A DNA stretch of 64,000 bases. It comes from Erysipelotrichaceae bacterium. GTDB lineage: Bacteria > Bacillota_I > Bacilli_A > Erysipelotrichales > Erysipelotrichaceae. The position numbers and the translations under genes are program-made. Shown in pieces: positions 36,967 to 46,345 of the stretch; the first letter of the stretch is position 1; each line of letters begins with the position of its first letter. Below the pieces are notes generated by a model. It ran no database searches. It worked only from the letters and a program-made list of their open reading frames with translations, and was not told the DNA's origin. The stretch covers positions 6,787 through 70,786 of the forward strand of contig JAEEHC010000059.1 of NCBI GenBank assembly GCA_016280635.1, in the 5' to 3' direction.

Positions 36967-38823
36967 CTACCTGTTGGGGTTCAGATATTCACTGACGGTC
37001 TCTTCGATCATCGCCTCGCTGTAGAGGGCATAGACGATATGCCGGTTGGTCTTCTTGGACAGCGCACCGATGATCAGATTCTTGCGTAATGGACTGAAGG
37101 GAAGATAAAGCGCTCCAGCCAGGGCTGCTAAAAGAATGTCGAGAACCAACATGAACTTCAGATATCCCTTCAGGGATTTCTTGTTCTGCTTTTGGGGCTT
37201 TGAAACAACCGGAAGGTTCTTTGTAGGGGCTGTCACAGGCGCCATAACAGGCTGTCTGCCGTCAGCCAGCGAACGGGAACGGCCGTAGAGCGGATCCTGA
37301 TTGACCGGACGGGCCGGTGTCGCAGGCAGCGTGGCGCTGACTGCCGGTTCAGGTTTTCTCTTGGGATCTTCAGCCTGTTTGGGCTGAGGCTTTACTTCCG
37401 CAGCCGGCTGAGAAACCGGCTGTTTAGGCTGACTGGCCGCAACTGCCGCTTTTACGGTTTTCGGCTTTTGGGCAGGTTGGGTCTGCGGCTGAGGCTTTTT
37501 TTCTTCGGTTTTCTTAACCGGTTCGCTCTTCTTTGCCGGTTTTTCTTCATTGACCAGTCCGGGATTGCGGAACTGTGGTTTGGTTTGCGGCTGCACTTTG
37601 ATTGCCGGCTTGGCTGACGCTTCCGGTTTTCTTTCCGGCTTGCCAGTATCCTGGCGAACCTGTTGCGGCTTTTGGGCGCCTTGGCCAACTTGAGGGCGGG
37701 ACGGGGCTGAGCCATTGGTGTTGGTCTGGCTGTTAGCCGGTCGGGGCTGAGACTGGACAGCCGGTCGCGCGGCTGTCGGCCTGGGCTTAACACTGGCTGG
37801 CTGGGCAGCAGGCTGCCTGACCGGCCTGGCGGGCTGGTGTTGCAGACGGGGCTGACTGGCCGGTTGGCTCTGAGGCTGAACGCTCTGGCGTACCGGGGGC
37901 CCCTGACGCTGACCTGAAGGCTGGCCCTGATTGACCGGTTGGCGCGGCTGACGCCTTTGCGACTGCGGTTGACCATAGGGGTTTACCGGCTGACCGGCCG
38001 GTTGCGGGTTATTCTGATAGTATTGCGGTTCATAAGGCTGCTGACCATAGACCGGCTGATTGTAGGCCGGCTGACCATAGGGTTGCTGACCGTAAACGGG
38101 CTGGCCATAAGCAGGCTGGTTATAAGGCTGCTGATAGGGCTGAACGGGTTGGCCGGTCGGCTGGCGATAGGGCTGAGCTACCGGACGGGGCTGAGGTTGG
38201 GCACTCTGGGGCGCCGGGTAACCCTGGCGCTGACCAGAAGGCTGAGCCTGATTGACCGGCTGGCGAGGCTGACGCCTTTGCGACTGCGGCTGACCATAGG
38301 GATTTACCGGTCGGCTGGCCGGCTGCGGGTTACTTTGATAATATTGCGGTTCATAAGGCTGCTGGCCATAGACCGGTTGATTGTAGGCCGGCTGACCATA
38401 GGGTTGCTGACCGTAAACGGGTTGGCCATAAGCAGGCTGATAAGGCTGAGCAGGCTGCTGATAGGGCTGAGCGGGTTGGCCGGCGGGCTGACGATAGGGC
38501 TGAGCTACCGGACGGGGCTGACTGGTTCTCTGGCGCTGAGGCTGCCGGACCTCTCTAGCCGGCTGCTGAGCCGCTTGGCGGCCATTATTGCCATTGGCTG
38601 GCTGAACGGGCCGGTTATGCGGGCGGGCGCTGGGCTGATTCTGACCGCGGGAACTGACCGGTCGGCTGGCCGGCTGCTGGCTGGCAGCGGCCGGACGCCT
38701 TTGCATATTAGCGGCAGGCTGGCCGGGGACCGGACGTCTCTGCTCTGCCGTTCTTACTACCGGCTGGGAAGAGGTATTCTGAATCTGATCATAGAGATTT
38801 GAAAGTTCGGGATTCTGTCTCAT
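36967..38823 (-). CDS. P/Q/Y-rich low-complexity protein with single C-terminal TM; truncated paralogue of the phosphodiester glycosidase gene at 27763-29070
   Basis: 618 aa. The N-terminus and the TM/juxtamembrane block ([11 protein letters not shown]...[25 protein letters not shown]) align by eye with the equivalent block of 27763-29070, but the ORF stops where the glycosidase domain would begin. Its start overlaps the upstream stop (ATGA). Confidence 0.7.
   Translation of the reverse strand: MRQNPELSNLYDQIQNTSSQPVVRTAEQRRPVPGQPAANMQRRPAAASQQPASRPVSSRGQNQPSARPHNRPVQPANGNNGRQAAQQPAREVRQPQRQRTSQPRPVAQPYRQPAGQPAQPYQQPAQPYQPAYGQPVYGQQPYGQPAYNQPVYGQQPYEPQYYQSNPQPASRPVNPYGQPQSQRRQPRQPVNQAQPSGQRQGYPAPQSAQPQPRPVAQPYRQPTGQPVQPYQQPYNQPAYGQPVYGQQPYGQPAYNQPVYGQQPYEPQYYQNNPQPAGQPVNPYGQPQSQRRQPRQPVNQGQPSGQRQGPPVRQSVQPQSQPASQPRLQHQPARPVRQPAAQPASVKPRPTAARPAVQSQPRPANSQTNTNGSAPSRPQVGQGAQKPQQVRQDTGKPERKPEASAKPAIKVQPQTKPQFRNPGLVNEEKPAKKSEPVKKTEEKKPQPQTQPAQKPKTVKAAVAASQPKQPVSQPAAEVKPQPKQAEDPKRKPEPAVSATLPATPARPVNQDPLYGRSRSLADGRQPVMAPVTAPTKNLPVVSKPQKQNKKSLKGYLKFMLVLDILLAALAGALYLPFSPLRKNLIIGALSKKTNRHIVYALYSEAMIEETVSEYLNPNR
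37870..38525 (-). repeat. Two-copy in-frame tandem duplication (~321-330 bp unit) inside the P/Q-rich gene
   Basis: TTGACCGG...TAAACGGG(C/T)TGGCCATAAGCAGGCTG recurs at 37931 and 38252, an offset of 321 nt (107 codons). The second unit has a small insertion. Confidence 0.85.
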
Positions 38824-40187
38824 CCTTCATCCACCTCCAGAACATAGGGTTCTTCTTTGGTGCCAAAGCCGTCAGCTACCATCAGACTGCCTTTCAGGCA
38901 GACACAGATGCGGTAATTTCCTTCTTTTGTGGTATTAAACGGCTTGAGTTTGTACTCCTCGATCATGTAGGCCGTAGACTGGCTGAAGGGATCATAGGTC
39001 ATCAACCGGCAGGGCTGATGATCATTGAGGAACATGTCAGCGGTAGTCGGAATGAATACATAGCAGCGCAGCGTGCGCTGGAAGTTATCCCGGTAGTCGA
39101 AGAACTCGCTGTCCTGGCTTCCGCCGATCGGCCAGTCGATTCTGGTCAAAAAGTCCTCATAACGGTACATGTTCTTGACATAGGTATGATTAAAGTGATA
39201 TCCGGCACCCGTTTGGGTGTTATAGACATTATTATGAGCCTGGCGGATGGTCACCGGACCGTCTTCGCGCATGGCAATGTTGGTTCCGGTAACGATCAGA
39301 TTGCCTTCCACATCCCTGCCGGTAACCCGCCAGAGCGCGTTGTCGTAGCTGATGAAGGCCCCTGTCCAGATGTCCTTGGCCTGGTAGGGATCGTTTTCAT
39401 TAAGCAGGTAGGGATCGGTAGCCGATCCGCTGCCCTTAAGCGCCTTTACTCCCGGCTTCAGGGTGATCACCGGGCGAACGCAAAGCATCAGACTGGCATC
39501 CTTGGCCAGCTTTACATCGCCATCTTCCGCCACGTAATAGCTGTAGCCGTTATGGTCAACATTGCTGAGCCAGAAGGGTTCACCATTGTTCAGATAGCTC
39601 TCGGCTTCCCCGCCGGCATAATACTGATTGACCGAAAGCAGGGAGACGTAGCCGTCGGTAGAGGTTACATGCCTGCTGGTATCGCCGGCGCTTTCCAGAG
39701 CGGCAAAATTATTGGTGCAGTCGGTCAGAAAATCTTCCTTATTATTCAGCGTGGCTTCAAAGATGCCGGTATGCTCGCCGTTTCTGGCATTCAGCCAGTT
39801 GTAAAGCGGCGTGCTGTCAAGGCGTTCACGCTGAGAAAGGGTCGACAGGGTAACTGACTCGTTGCTGACAAGGACGATCTCCTTTTCCTTACCGATCTCT
39901 ACGATGCGGTAGAGCAACCCGTTATAGGAAACGTAGTTATTCATTACGTAGCCCTTGAAACTATAGGTTCCGTCTTCATTTTCATAAAGCCTGTCCTGCT
40001 GAAGCAGATCGATCTGACTGACCAGGACATCAGCCAGGGGATAGTCATAGACATTGTATTTATCCAGTTCATCGAAGTGAGCCTTGAACTTGACGACGCG
40101 CATGACAAAGAGGCCGGCCACCGCCAGGATGATCAAGACGTTGATGATCGTCAGAATCAGCTGATTTCTACCTGATGACTTATTCAC
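38820..40187 (-). CDS. Membrane-anchored protein with DUF6273-like repeats (paralogue of 29072-30469)
   Basis: Same architecture and shared blocks: Y..YNG..YRI, LLS...Y..G...[32 protein letters not shown] and GTKEEPYVL. Confidence 0.65.
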   Translation of the reverse strand: MNKSSGRNQLILTIINVLIILAVAGLFVMRVVKFKAHFDELDKYNVYDYPLADVLVSQIDLLQQDRLYENEDGTYSFKGYVMNNYVSYNGLLYRIVEIGKEKEIVLVSNESVTLSTLSQRERLDSTPLYNWLNARNGEHTGIFEATLNNKEDFLTDCTNNFAALESAGDTSRHVTSTDGYVSLLSVNQYYAGGEAESYLNNGEPFWLSNVDHNGYSYYVAEDGDVKLAKDASLMLCVRPVITLKPGVKALKGSGSATDPYLLNENDPYQAKDIWTGAFISYDNALWRVTGRDVEGNLIVTGTNIAMREDGPVTIRQAHNNVYNTQTGAGYHFNHTYVKNMYRYEDFLTRIDWPIGGSQDSEFFDYRDNFQRTLRCYVFIPTTADMFLNDHQPCRLMTYDPFSQSTAYMIEEYKLKPFNTTKEGNYRICVCLKGSLMVADGFGTKEEPYVLEVDEG

Positions 40188-40333
40188 TTGCCCTTTCCTG
40201 CCTTTTCTCTAATTCTAACATATATTTATCGGCAGAGAGATGGTCATTGTGGAAAAAGTCCTGACTGAGGGAAGGCTGACAGACCGGCCGGTAATCTGTT
40301 ATGATGGTCTTAGAAATACGGGGTAATATTTCC

Positions 40334-40831
40334 ATGAAGATTACGGAAGAAAAAAGAAAGACCATCATCCAGTTCATCAAGTTTTCCCTGATCGGCATTC
40401 TGACAACGGCCATTCAGGTTCTTCTGGTGAGCTGGCTTTATCACCGTCTGAAATGGTGGAAGGCTCCTCTTCCCCATTTCATGGCGCCTTTCTTCAATCC
40501 CGCAACCATCGGACCCGGCCACACCAATTGGGGCTATGTCCTGCCGCTGATCATCTCTCTGGCTCTTACCAACATCCTGAGTTACTTTCTCAACAAAAAG
40601 GCGACCTTCAGGTCCGATGCCCCAACTTGGCACTTTTGGCTTTATCTACTCATCATCACCCTGCTGACGCTGTTATGCACCTGGATCCAGGGCGTACTGA
40701 TCAACGCACTGATCCGAAAGGGGCACGAAAGAATAGCTCCCGGGTTGGCCGCCATCGTGGCCGCCATCGTTCAGGGGCTGATCCTCTTTCCCATTCAGAA
40801 ATATGTTCTGCTCAGAGAAAAGCGGCAGTAA
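40334..40831 (+). CDS. GtrA-family membrane protein
   Basis: FIKFSLIGILTTAIQVLLVSWL start and four TM helices. I chose the start at 40334; the ORF opens at 40301. Confidence 0.78.
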   Translation: MKITEEKRKTIIQFIKFSLIGILTTAIQVLLVSWLYHRLKWWKAPLPHFMAPFFNPATIGPGHTNWGYVLPLIISLALTNILSYFLNKKATFRSDAPTWHFWLYLLIITLLTLLCTWIQGVLINALIRKGHERIAPGLAAIVAAIVQGLILFPIQKYVLLREKRQ

Positions 40832-40856
40832 TCATCCGGAAAGTTTAAAAACGAAA

Positions 40857-40891
40857 GAGGGCTGAAGATCTTATTCTTCAGTCCTCCTTTT
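40857..40891 (+). terminator. Terminator after the GtrA gene
   Basis: 12-bp stem (one G-U pair) GAGGGCTGAAGA / TCTTCAGTCCTC followed by CTTTT. Confidence 0.6.
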
Positions 40892-40941
40892 CATTGTTCA
40901 ATTACTAATCAGCGGTTTACGGATAACGCCTCCGCTGGCGC

Positions 40942-42744
40942 TTATTGGATGGGATCGATCTCCAAGCGCTGACCGCCATCGGTAAGGAAGGTAATCCAGG
41001 CCGGGATACTTGTTGATGACTTGACGTACTTGCAGCCGAACTCGCGGTAGGCCGGCTGGCCGGCTACCGGCTTGGGGTAGGTGGCCCCCAAAACCGTCAT
41101 GCTGTCGCTGCAGGCGTGGTCACAGTCCTGATTGACCCTGATGGTGAAATACTTGGTCCCATCGCCGGCGGTCAGGGTGATGGTATCGCTCTTATCATCG
41201 TATTCCTTAATGTCACCGCTGACAGTGCACTCCAGCGTCGGTTCGACAGTTATCTCGAAGGTTCCTGACTTATATGTCTTGCCATTGTAGGAATAGGTAA
41301 AGTAAACCTCATAATCCTTGACTCTGGTGAAGCCGTTGGATACCTGGCCATAGCTGGTAGCGTACAGTTCGTTACTATCGGGGTTCCAATACAGGACATT
41401 GTCGCCGCCGACCATCTTGATGTTCTTGATCTCGCTGTTCTTTCTTTCCGTGAACTTATCCGTTCCCTTTTCCGTAGTTCTGAGTTCAAACTCCTTAATT
41501 GAGACAATTGGTCTGTCATTTTGACGGTAGAACAGATAACCGGCATTTTCCGCCTTGTTCCAATCCAAATCCAAAAGCAGCGTATATTCATCAACATAAA
41601 CGGTAATGGTCCTGCTTAAGCCGGTATCGGTGGTTATCTTGATCTTGCACTTGCCGCCTTCAATGGCATTGACCTTGCCCTTGGAGTCAACCCGGGCAAC
41701 GATCTCATCATCGGACTTATAGGTGATCTTGCTGTAGGCCTCCTTGGGTTCGATCTTGACATTCAAATCCTTCTTTTCCCCGGCAGTAACGGTAAAGGGA
41801 TCATCGACCGTAATGGTAGCCACCACGACCGTGCATTCCGCCGTCTTTCCGCTTTCGCTGGCAACCTTAATGGTGACGCTGCCGGCACTGACGCCGCTGA
41901 CCTTGCCATCCGGGCTGACGGTGGCAATGCTCTCATTCGAGCTGGTAAAGCCGATGTTTTCCGCCCAGTCGCTGGGCTTGACGGTCAGCTTGGGGGTCAC
42001 GGTTTCGCCAGCCAGCACATAGTAAGTCTTCTTTTCAAAACTGATCGAGGTGATTGGCACAAATACCTTGTAATTGGCGTCCAGGGTCATGTTGGCGGTA
42101 AAGACATAGTCTTCGGGGATTTCCGCCATGTCGGCGGCATTCTGCCAGCCGACAAAGGCATAGCCATCTTTGGCCGGAGCCTGCGGGAAACTGACATGGC
42201 CATCAACGACGTGCTCTTTGGCTATCTCCTTGCCGTCAGCCATGAAGGTGACATACTTGGATACATCCCAATGAGCCTTAAGGGTCATGCTGTCCGTGAC
42301 CGGCTGGTCAAAATCGTACTGGCTTTCATTCAGATACCAACCCAAAAAGTCATAGCCTTCCTTGGTGGGAGCCGCCGGTTCAGGCAGTTTCTCACCCTTT
42401 TTCAGTTTGACTTCCGCCACCGGCGTTCCGCCGTCGCAGTCAAAGGTTACGGTCTTCTTGCCGCCTAAAAGCAGTACACCGGCAATGACACCGATAACCA
42501 GCAGGGCTGCCAGAGCGATGATCAGTCCTTTCTTATCCTTCTTTTCTTCTTTCTTTTCCGGCTCGGGGCTGACTGGTTCAGCCTTTTCGCTCTTTTTCGG
42601 CTTTGCCTTCTTGGGCTCAGCCTTCACAGGTTCGCTTTTCTCTTGCGGATCAACCGCAGCTTCATCCAGCTTCTCTCCGCACTCGTTGCAGAAGAGAGCC
42701 TCATCTTCATTGATGCTTCCGCATTTCGGACATGTCTTGCTCAT
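40942..42744 (-). CDS. Surface protein: zinc-ribbon, TM, Listeria-Bacteroides (InlB B) repeats, Big_2 domains
   Basis: CPKCGS..CNECG ribbon and a K/E/P linker with a TM. Repeats are VTFDCDGG...EGYDFLGWY and DGYAFVGWQ. Big_2 blocks include FTSSNESIATVSPDGKVSGVSAGSVTIKV. Confidence 0.8.
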   Translation of the reverse strand: MSKTCPKCGSINEDEALFCNECGEKLDEAAVDPQEKSEPVKAEPKKAKPKKSEKAEPVSPEPEKKEEKKDKKGLIIALAALLVIGVIAGVLLLGGKKTVTFDCDGGTPVAEVKLKKGEKLPEPAAPTKEGYDFLGWYLNESQYDFDQPVTDSMTLKAHWDVSKYVTFMADGKEIAKEHVVDGHVSFPQAPAKDGYAFVGWQNAADMAEIPEDYVFTANMTLDANYKVFVPITSISFEKKTYYVLAGETVTPKLTVKPSDWAENIGFTSSNESIATVSPDGKVSGVSAGSVTIKVASESGKTAECTVVVATITVDDPFTVTAGEKKDLNVKIEPKEAYSKITYKSDDEIVARVDSKGKVNAIEGGKCKIKITTDTGLSRTITVYVDEYTLLLDLDWNKAENAGYLFYRQNDRPIVSIKEFELRTTEKGTDKFTERKNSEIKNIKMVGGDNVLYWNPDSNELYATSYGQVSNGFTRVKDYEVYFTYSYNGKTYKSGTFEITVEPTLECTVSGDIKEYDDKSDTITLTAGDGTKYFTIRVNQDCDHACSDSMTVLGATYPKPVAGQPAYREFGCKYVKSSTSIPAWITFLTDGGQRLEIDPIQ

Positions 42745-42971
42745 AATTTCTCCTCCCTTTCTAATTGTCTCTTTCTTCCATGCACTTAAAGCCTGTTGAT
42801 CTTACAGGCCTGATTATCTCCTTTTATGGTCAAAAGGAGTTAATGTGTTTATTTTTTATCTATGTGGCTTAATTATAATACAAATCCGGAAAAAAGAGAA
42901 TACAATTGCCGGCAACAGCTGCCAGCCATAATAAAGGGAAAGACCGGAGGAGAGTCCTCCCGATTGTTCAT

Positions 42972-43427
42972 TCAATCTAGTTCAAAGCTTTCCAGCAAGG
43001 CAGCAATGCTGAGGCGCAGATCCTGATAAGTTGCCTCAAAATCATCGGTATACCAGGGGTCCGCGATTCCCCGTTCGCTGCCCGCATAGCTCATCATCAG
43101 CCGGACCTTATTCCCCGGATCACCGCCAAACAGGCTGACCAGATTTCGGACATTGGCGCTGTCCATGCCAATGATCAGATCAAAGGAATGATAGTCTGAC
43201 GGTGTTACCTGCCTGGCGCGGTGGTTACCGGGGTCAATGCCCTTTTCCAGCAGTTTTCTTCTGGCGGGCGGATAAATCGGATTACCGAGTTCCTCCCGGG
43301 AAGTTGCTGCAGAATCAATAAAGAATTGGCTTTCCCGGTGCAGCTTATGCAGTTCATTCTTCATCATCATTTCTGCCATTACGCTGCGGCAGATATTGCC
43401 GTGGCAAGCGAATAAAACCTTAATCAT
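42972..43427 (-). CDS. Low-molecular-weight protein-tyrosine phosphatase
   Basis: P-loop VLFACHGNICRS (CX5R-S) and the DP general-acid motif ADPWY. Confidence 0.88.
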   Translation of the reverse strand: MIKVLFACHGNICRSVMAEMMMKNELHKLHRESQFFIDSAATSREELGNPIYPPARRKLLEKGIDPGNHRARQVTPSDYHSFDLIIGMDSANVRNLVSLFGGDPGNKVRLMMSYAGSERGIADPWYTDDFEATYQDLRLSIAALLESFELD

Positions 43428-43455
43428 TTCTTACTACCTCTCTTATGTCCAACGC

Positions 43456-43508
43456 ATGTTGGTAAATTGTTGGTAAGCTTACTCGTTTTACCAACAATTT
43501 ACCAACAT
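43456..43508. repeat. 21-bp perfect inverted repeat with 11-nt spacer
   Basis: ATGTTGGTAAATTGTTGGTAA (43456-43476) and TTACCAACAATTTACCAACAT (43488-43508). Each arm contains TTGGTAA twice. Confidence 0.9.
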
Positions 43509-43531
43509 TAATATCGTGGTTTATTATCGTC

Positions 43532-44722
43532 TTATTCCTCTTGCAACCACCTGGCAATGTCGATTATCCTCACTCCATCTTGCTGCATTTCTTCGTGCTT
43601 TGTTCTTGCTATTATCATTTTAGGATAAGCATCTTTGATTGATAATAGCGGGCTGATTTCTCTCTCTAATGTTTCTGGTTTAGTGATATCATCTGATACT
43701 TGAATATATATAAGCGCTCCATTTTTCTTTGCAACAAAATCTATTTCCTTGGTATAAAGCTTCCCAACATATACTTCATAACCTCTTCTTAATAATTCAA
43801 GCGCCACAAGATTTTCATGCAAGTGCCCGTAATCAGCAAATTTGGTTCCGAGCTCCGTAAATCTGAATGATAAATCTGCCAAATAATACTTCTTATCAGT
43901 TTCAAGATATTTTTTCCCTTTTATATCATAACGTTGCAACGGGTAAAACATGAAAGAACGACAAAGATATTGTACATATGAACCTACAGTTTTATCATTG
44001 GTTTTGTACGAATTTGTAGTGAGTTTCGCTGCAATGTTTCTAATGGAAGTTGTGTTTCCAACATTATCCATCAAGAAATTCGCAATCATAATCAATAAAT
44101 CTTCATTATCAATTTTATATTTCTGGACAATATCTTTTACAATTGTCGCTTTGTATATGCTATCTATATATTTTTTTGCGTCATTACCACTTTTATATAG
44201 ATATGACCCAGACATACCGCCTCGATTAAAATAATCTTCAAAAGCATCATCAATGTTATCTGATGGGAAATATTTAAGATATTCCGAAAAGGAAAAAGGA
44301 AACATGCTTATTTCAAAAACTCGACCACCGAATAAAGTTGCCAGATCACTGGATAAAAGAAATGCATTCGAACCAGTTAAATAGATGTCATAAAGTTCTT
44401 CATCATGGATACTGTTTATCACTTGCTCAAAGTTTTCACACAGCTGAACTTCATCGATAAACAAAAAATTATCTTTTCCTTCATCGTATTGTTCCTCAAT
44501 GTATTCATAAAGAGCGTCAGCATCCAAAAGTTTCTTATTTTTCTTTTGATTAAGTCTTATTCTAACAACGTTTGCATTTTTGTCTTCAGCAATTATCGCG
44601 CTAAATGCATCCATTAATTTGGATTTTCCGCTTCTTCTTACACCCGTTATAACCTTAATGTCCGGAATGTTTTTTACCATCTCTAGTTGCGATATATATT
44701 TATCTCTACGAATCAGTTTCAT
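43532..44722 (-). CDS. AAA-family ATPase with DUF4143-like C-terminal domain
   Basis: Walker A GVRRSGKS and Walker B FLFIDEVQ. The start at 44722 has an AGGAGGG RBS. The 17 upstream codons of the ORF overlap the predicted promoter. Confidence 0.8.
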   Translation of the reverse strand: MKLIRRDKYISQLEMVKNIPDIKVITGVRRSGKSKLMDAFSAIIAEDKNANVVRIRLNQKKNKKLLDADALYEYIEEQYDEGKDNFLFIDEVQLCENFEQVINSIHDEELYDIYLTGSNAFLLSSDLATLFGGRVFEISMFPFSFSEYLKYFPSDNIDDAFEDYFNRGGMSGSYLYKSGNDAKKYIDSIYKATIVKDIVQKYKIDNEDLLIMIANFLMDNVGNTTSIRNIAAKLTTNSYKTNDKTVGSYVQYLCRSFMFYPLQRYDIKGKKYLETDKKYYLADLSFRFTELGTKFADYGHLHENLVALELLRRGYEVYVGKLYTKEIDFVAKKNGALIYIQVSDDITKPETLEREISPLLSIKDAYPKMIIARTKHEEMQQDGVRIIDIARWLQEE

Positions 44723-44746
44723 CTGTATCCCTCCTGTCGAAAACAG

Positions 44747-44773
44747 ATTATCACATTTCGCATATTTTATCAA
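44747..44773 (-). promoter_or_regulatory. Promoter of the ATPase gene
   Basis: On the minus strand, TTGATA, a 15-nt spacer, then TGTGATAAT (extended -10). Confidence 0.5.
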
Positions 44774-44862
44774 TTTTCATTTTTGCGAAATAGGCGTTGA
44801 ATCTTTGTTGAATATAATCGCCTCACTCTCACAGACCTTTTTCAGTCTTCTTAACCCAAATC

Positions 44863-44898
44863 ACTTATTCGGTCATTTATTCGGTCACTTATTCGGTC
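44863..44898. repeat. Three tandem 12-bp repeats (C/T)TTATTCGGTCA plus an imperfect inverted copy
   Basis: CTTATTCGGTCA TTTATTCGGTCA CTTATTCGGTCA, followed by TTTTTTGACCGATAA. Confidence 0.85.
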
Positions 44899-45070
44899 AT
44901 TTTTTGACCGATAACATTAGGAAGCGTCACTATAAAGAAATTTTCTGTTGCTTCGAAGAAAGGTTCATCAGGATAATCCTTATAAGGATCATGCAAGCTG
45001 TTCCCCCGATGACCGTATAATTATCGGAATACTTGCGGAAGGCGTCCCGAAACGACTTCGGATTGTTTTT

Positions 45071-46060
45071 TTAATTCTTTGTTATCTGCCAACTCCAGAT
45101 TTCCTCCTTAACTTGCTGCAGGCACTTATGGATTCTCTCATCATCAGTACCTGCAAACGCACAAATAAGCGAGACCGGATCGACTTGTCCATTTCCGGAC
45201 AACATAACTGGATCATATTTCCATTTTTGAATCCGGACAATCTCAGTCTCATAGTTAAGATATGGATCAACGCCAACTGCTTCCTTAAAGAATGGCAGAT
45301 TCTTGTATAAAGCATATTCAGCATATTCCGGATACCCCAGATCAGATCTTTGAGAAAGACTGAATTCACCGGAAGCGGGAGCGCTGCCATCCATAATTCC
45401 ATCAGGCAGGTACATAATACTCTGAATTGGGTTAATGAGATATTGCTCCGCTTTCTCATATAGTTCCCTGCGATCATTTACACTAACGCTCATCACAATT
45501 TCGGTTCCATGTCTTTTTTCCTCTATCAAGCCCATTTCACGCAACTGCTTTGAAGCTCTGGAAATTGACATAGGCAAAACCTGGAGCTTTTTGGCTGCCT
45601 CCGCTTTTGTATAACTGCCATTCTCATATAGTAAAAAGAGAAAGAGAAACTGTGCTATCGGCGTAAACCGTTCTCTGGTGGCATCCTCATAAGTAGCACA
45701 CCTTTTAAAGAACACACCCATAAAGGGCAGGTACATCTGACCATTAAGCGCTACGAATGGAATCTCATTTTCTATCATGCTCTTGCGCTGAAAGGAACTG
45801 ATCTTCTCAAAACCAAAAACAACGCTTTCCTTTGTGGCATTTTGATAAGATATTAACTGTTTCTTCAAAGTCTTTATATTAAATCGTTTCTTATCAGCAG
45901 AGAATACAACAACAAATGTCTTGCCTGAAACAGTAACAGCATAAAACGACTTGCCATCCTGTAAATAGAGCGGCAACGAATACTCTGTTTCTTTAAAGGA
46001 ATCCAGTTTCTTTCCATATACCTGTTCAAAGAGTTTCTGCACATTCTCACCTTCTAACAC
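45071..46060 (-). CDS. Winged-helix DNA-binding protein of unknown function
   Basis: 329 aa with a central wHTH (YTKAEAAKKLQVLPMSISRASKQLREMGLIEEKRHG). The N- and C-terminal domains are unassigned. Apparent GTG start. Confidence 0.6.
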   Translation of the reverse strand: MLEGENVQKLFEQVYGKKLDSFKETEYSLPLYLQDGKSFYAVTVSGKTFVVVFSADKKRFNIKTLKKQLISYQNATKESVVFGFEKISSFQRKSMIENEIPFVALNGQMYLPFMGVFFKRCATYEDATRERFTPIAQFLFLFLLYENGSYTKAEAAKKLQVLPMSISRASKQLREMGLIEEKRHGTEIVMSVSVNDRRELYEKAEQYLINPIQSIMYLPDGIMDGSAPASGEFSLSQRSDLGYPEYAEYALYKNLPFFKEAVGVDPYLNYETEIVRIQKWKYDPVMLSGNGQVDPVSLICAFAGTDDERIHKCLQQVKEEIWSWQITKN

Positions 46061-46345
46061 TTTTATTAGATGTTATCATATATATTGTTAGTATTCAATA
46101 ATAATAGTTAGTTTCATAAGTGCCTACCTCTTATGCAAAATCTGCTGATACGAAAATCAGAAAATGCTGTTTTGAAAAACCCAATTAATCAGGTGCTTAA
46201 TGGAGCCACTCTCCTTTCCAGGCATAGTTCAAAACAGATGTATAGCGTTTTTCCCCGGTTAATAGCGTGCTGATCAGACAAAAAGGAGCCTTGTCACTTA
46301 GTCAAAGCGCCTTTCACAAAAGGGAGATTCTGTTCAACAAAGGGT

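Larger units (their letters stand above)
43440..46250. other. AT-rich accessory island 1
   Basis: There is an abrupt, visible drop in G+C and a shift to A/T-ending codons relative to both flanks. The left edge is marked by a 21-bp perfect inverted repeat. Confidence 0.6.

Noticed and set aside
37939-38802. 287-aa plus-strand ORF rich in L/R/G/I/T repeats
   Set aside because: It is the reverse-complement reading of the P/Q/Y-rich repeat gene. Its periodicity simply mirrors that tandem duplication, and it has no start context.
44863-44898. Possible CRISPR array (short tandem repeats), also considered for 37870-38525
   Set aside because: The 12-bp units are contiguous with no spacers. The 321-bp units are coding and in frame. 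No cas genes are in the window.
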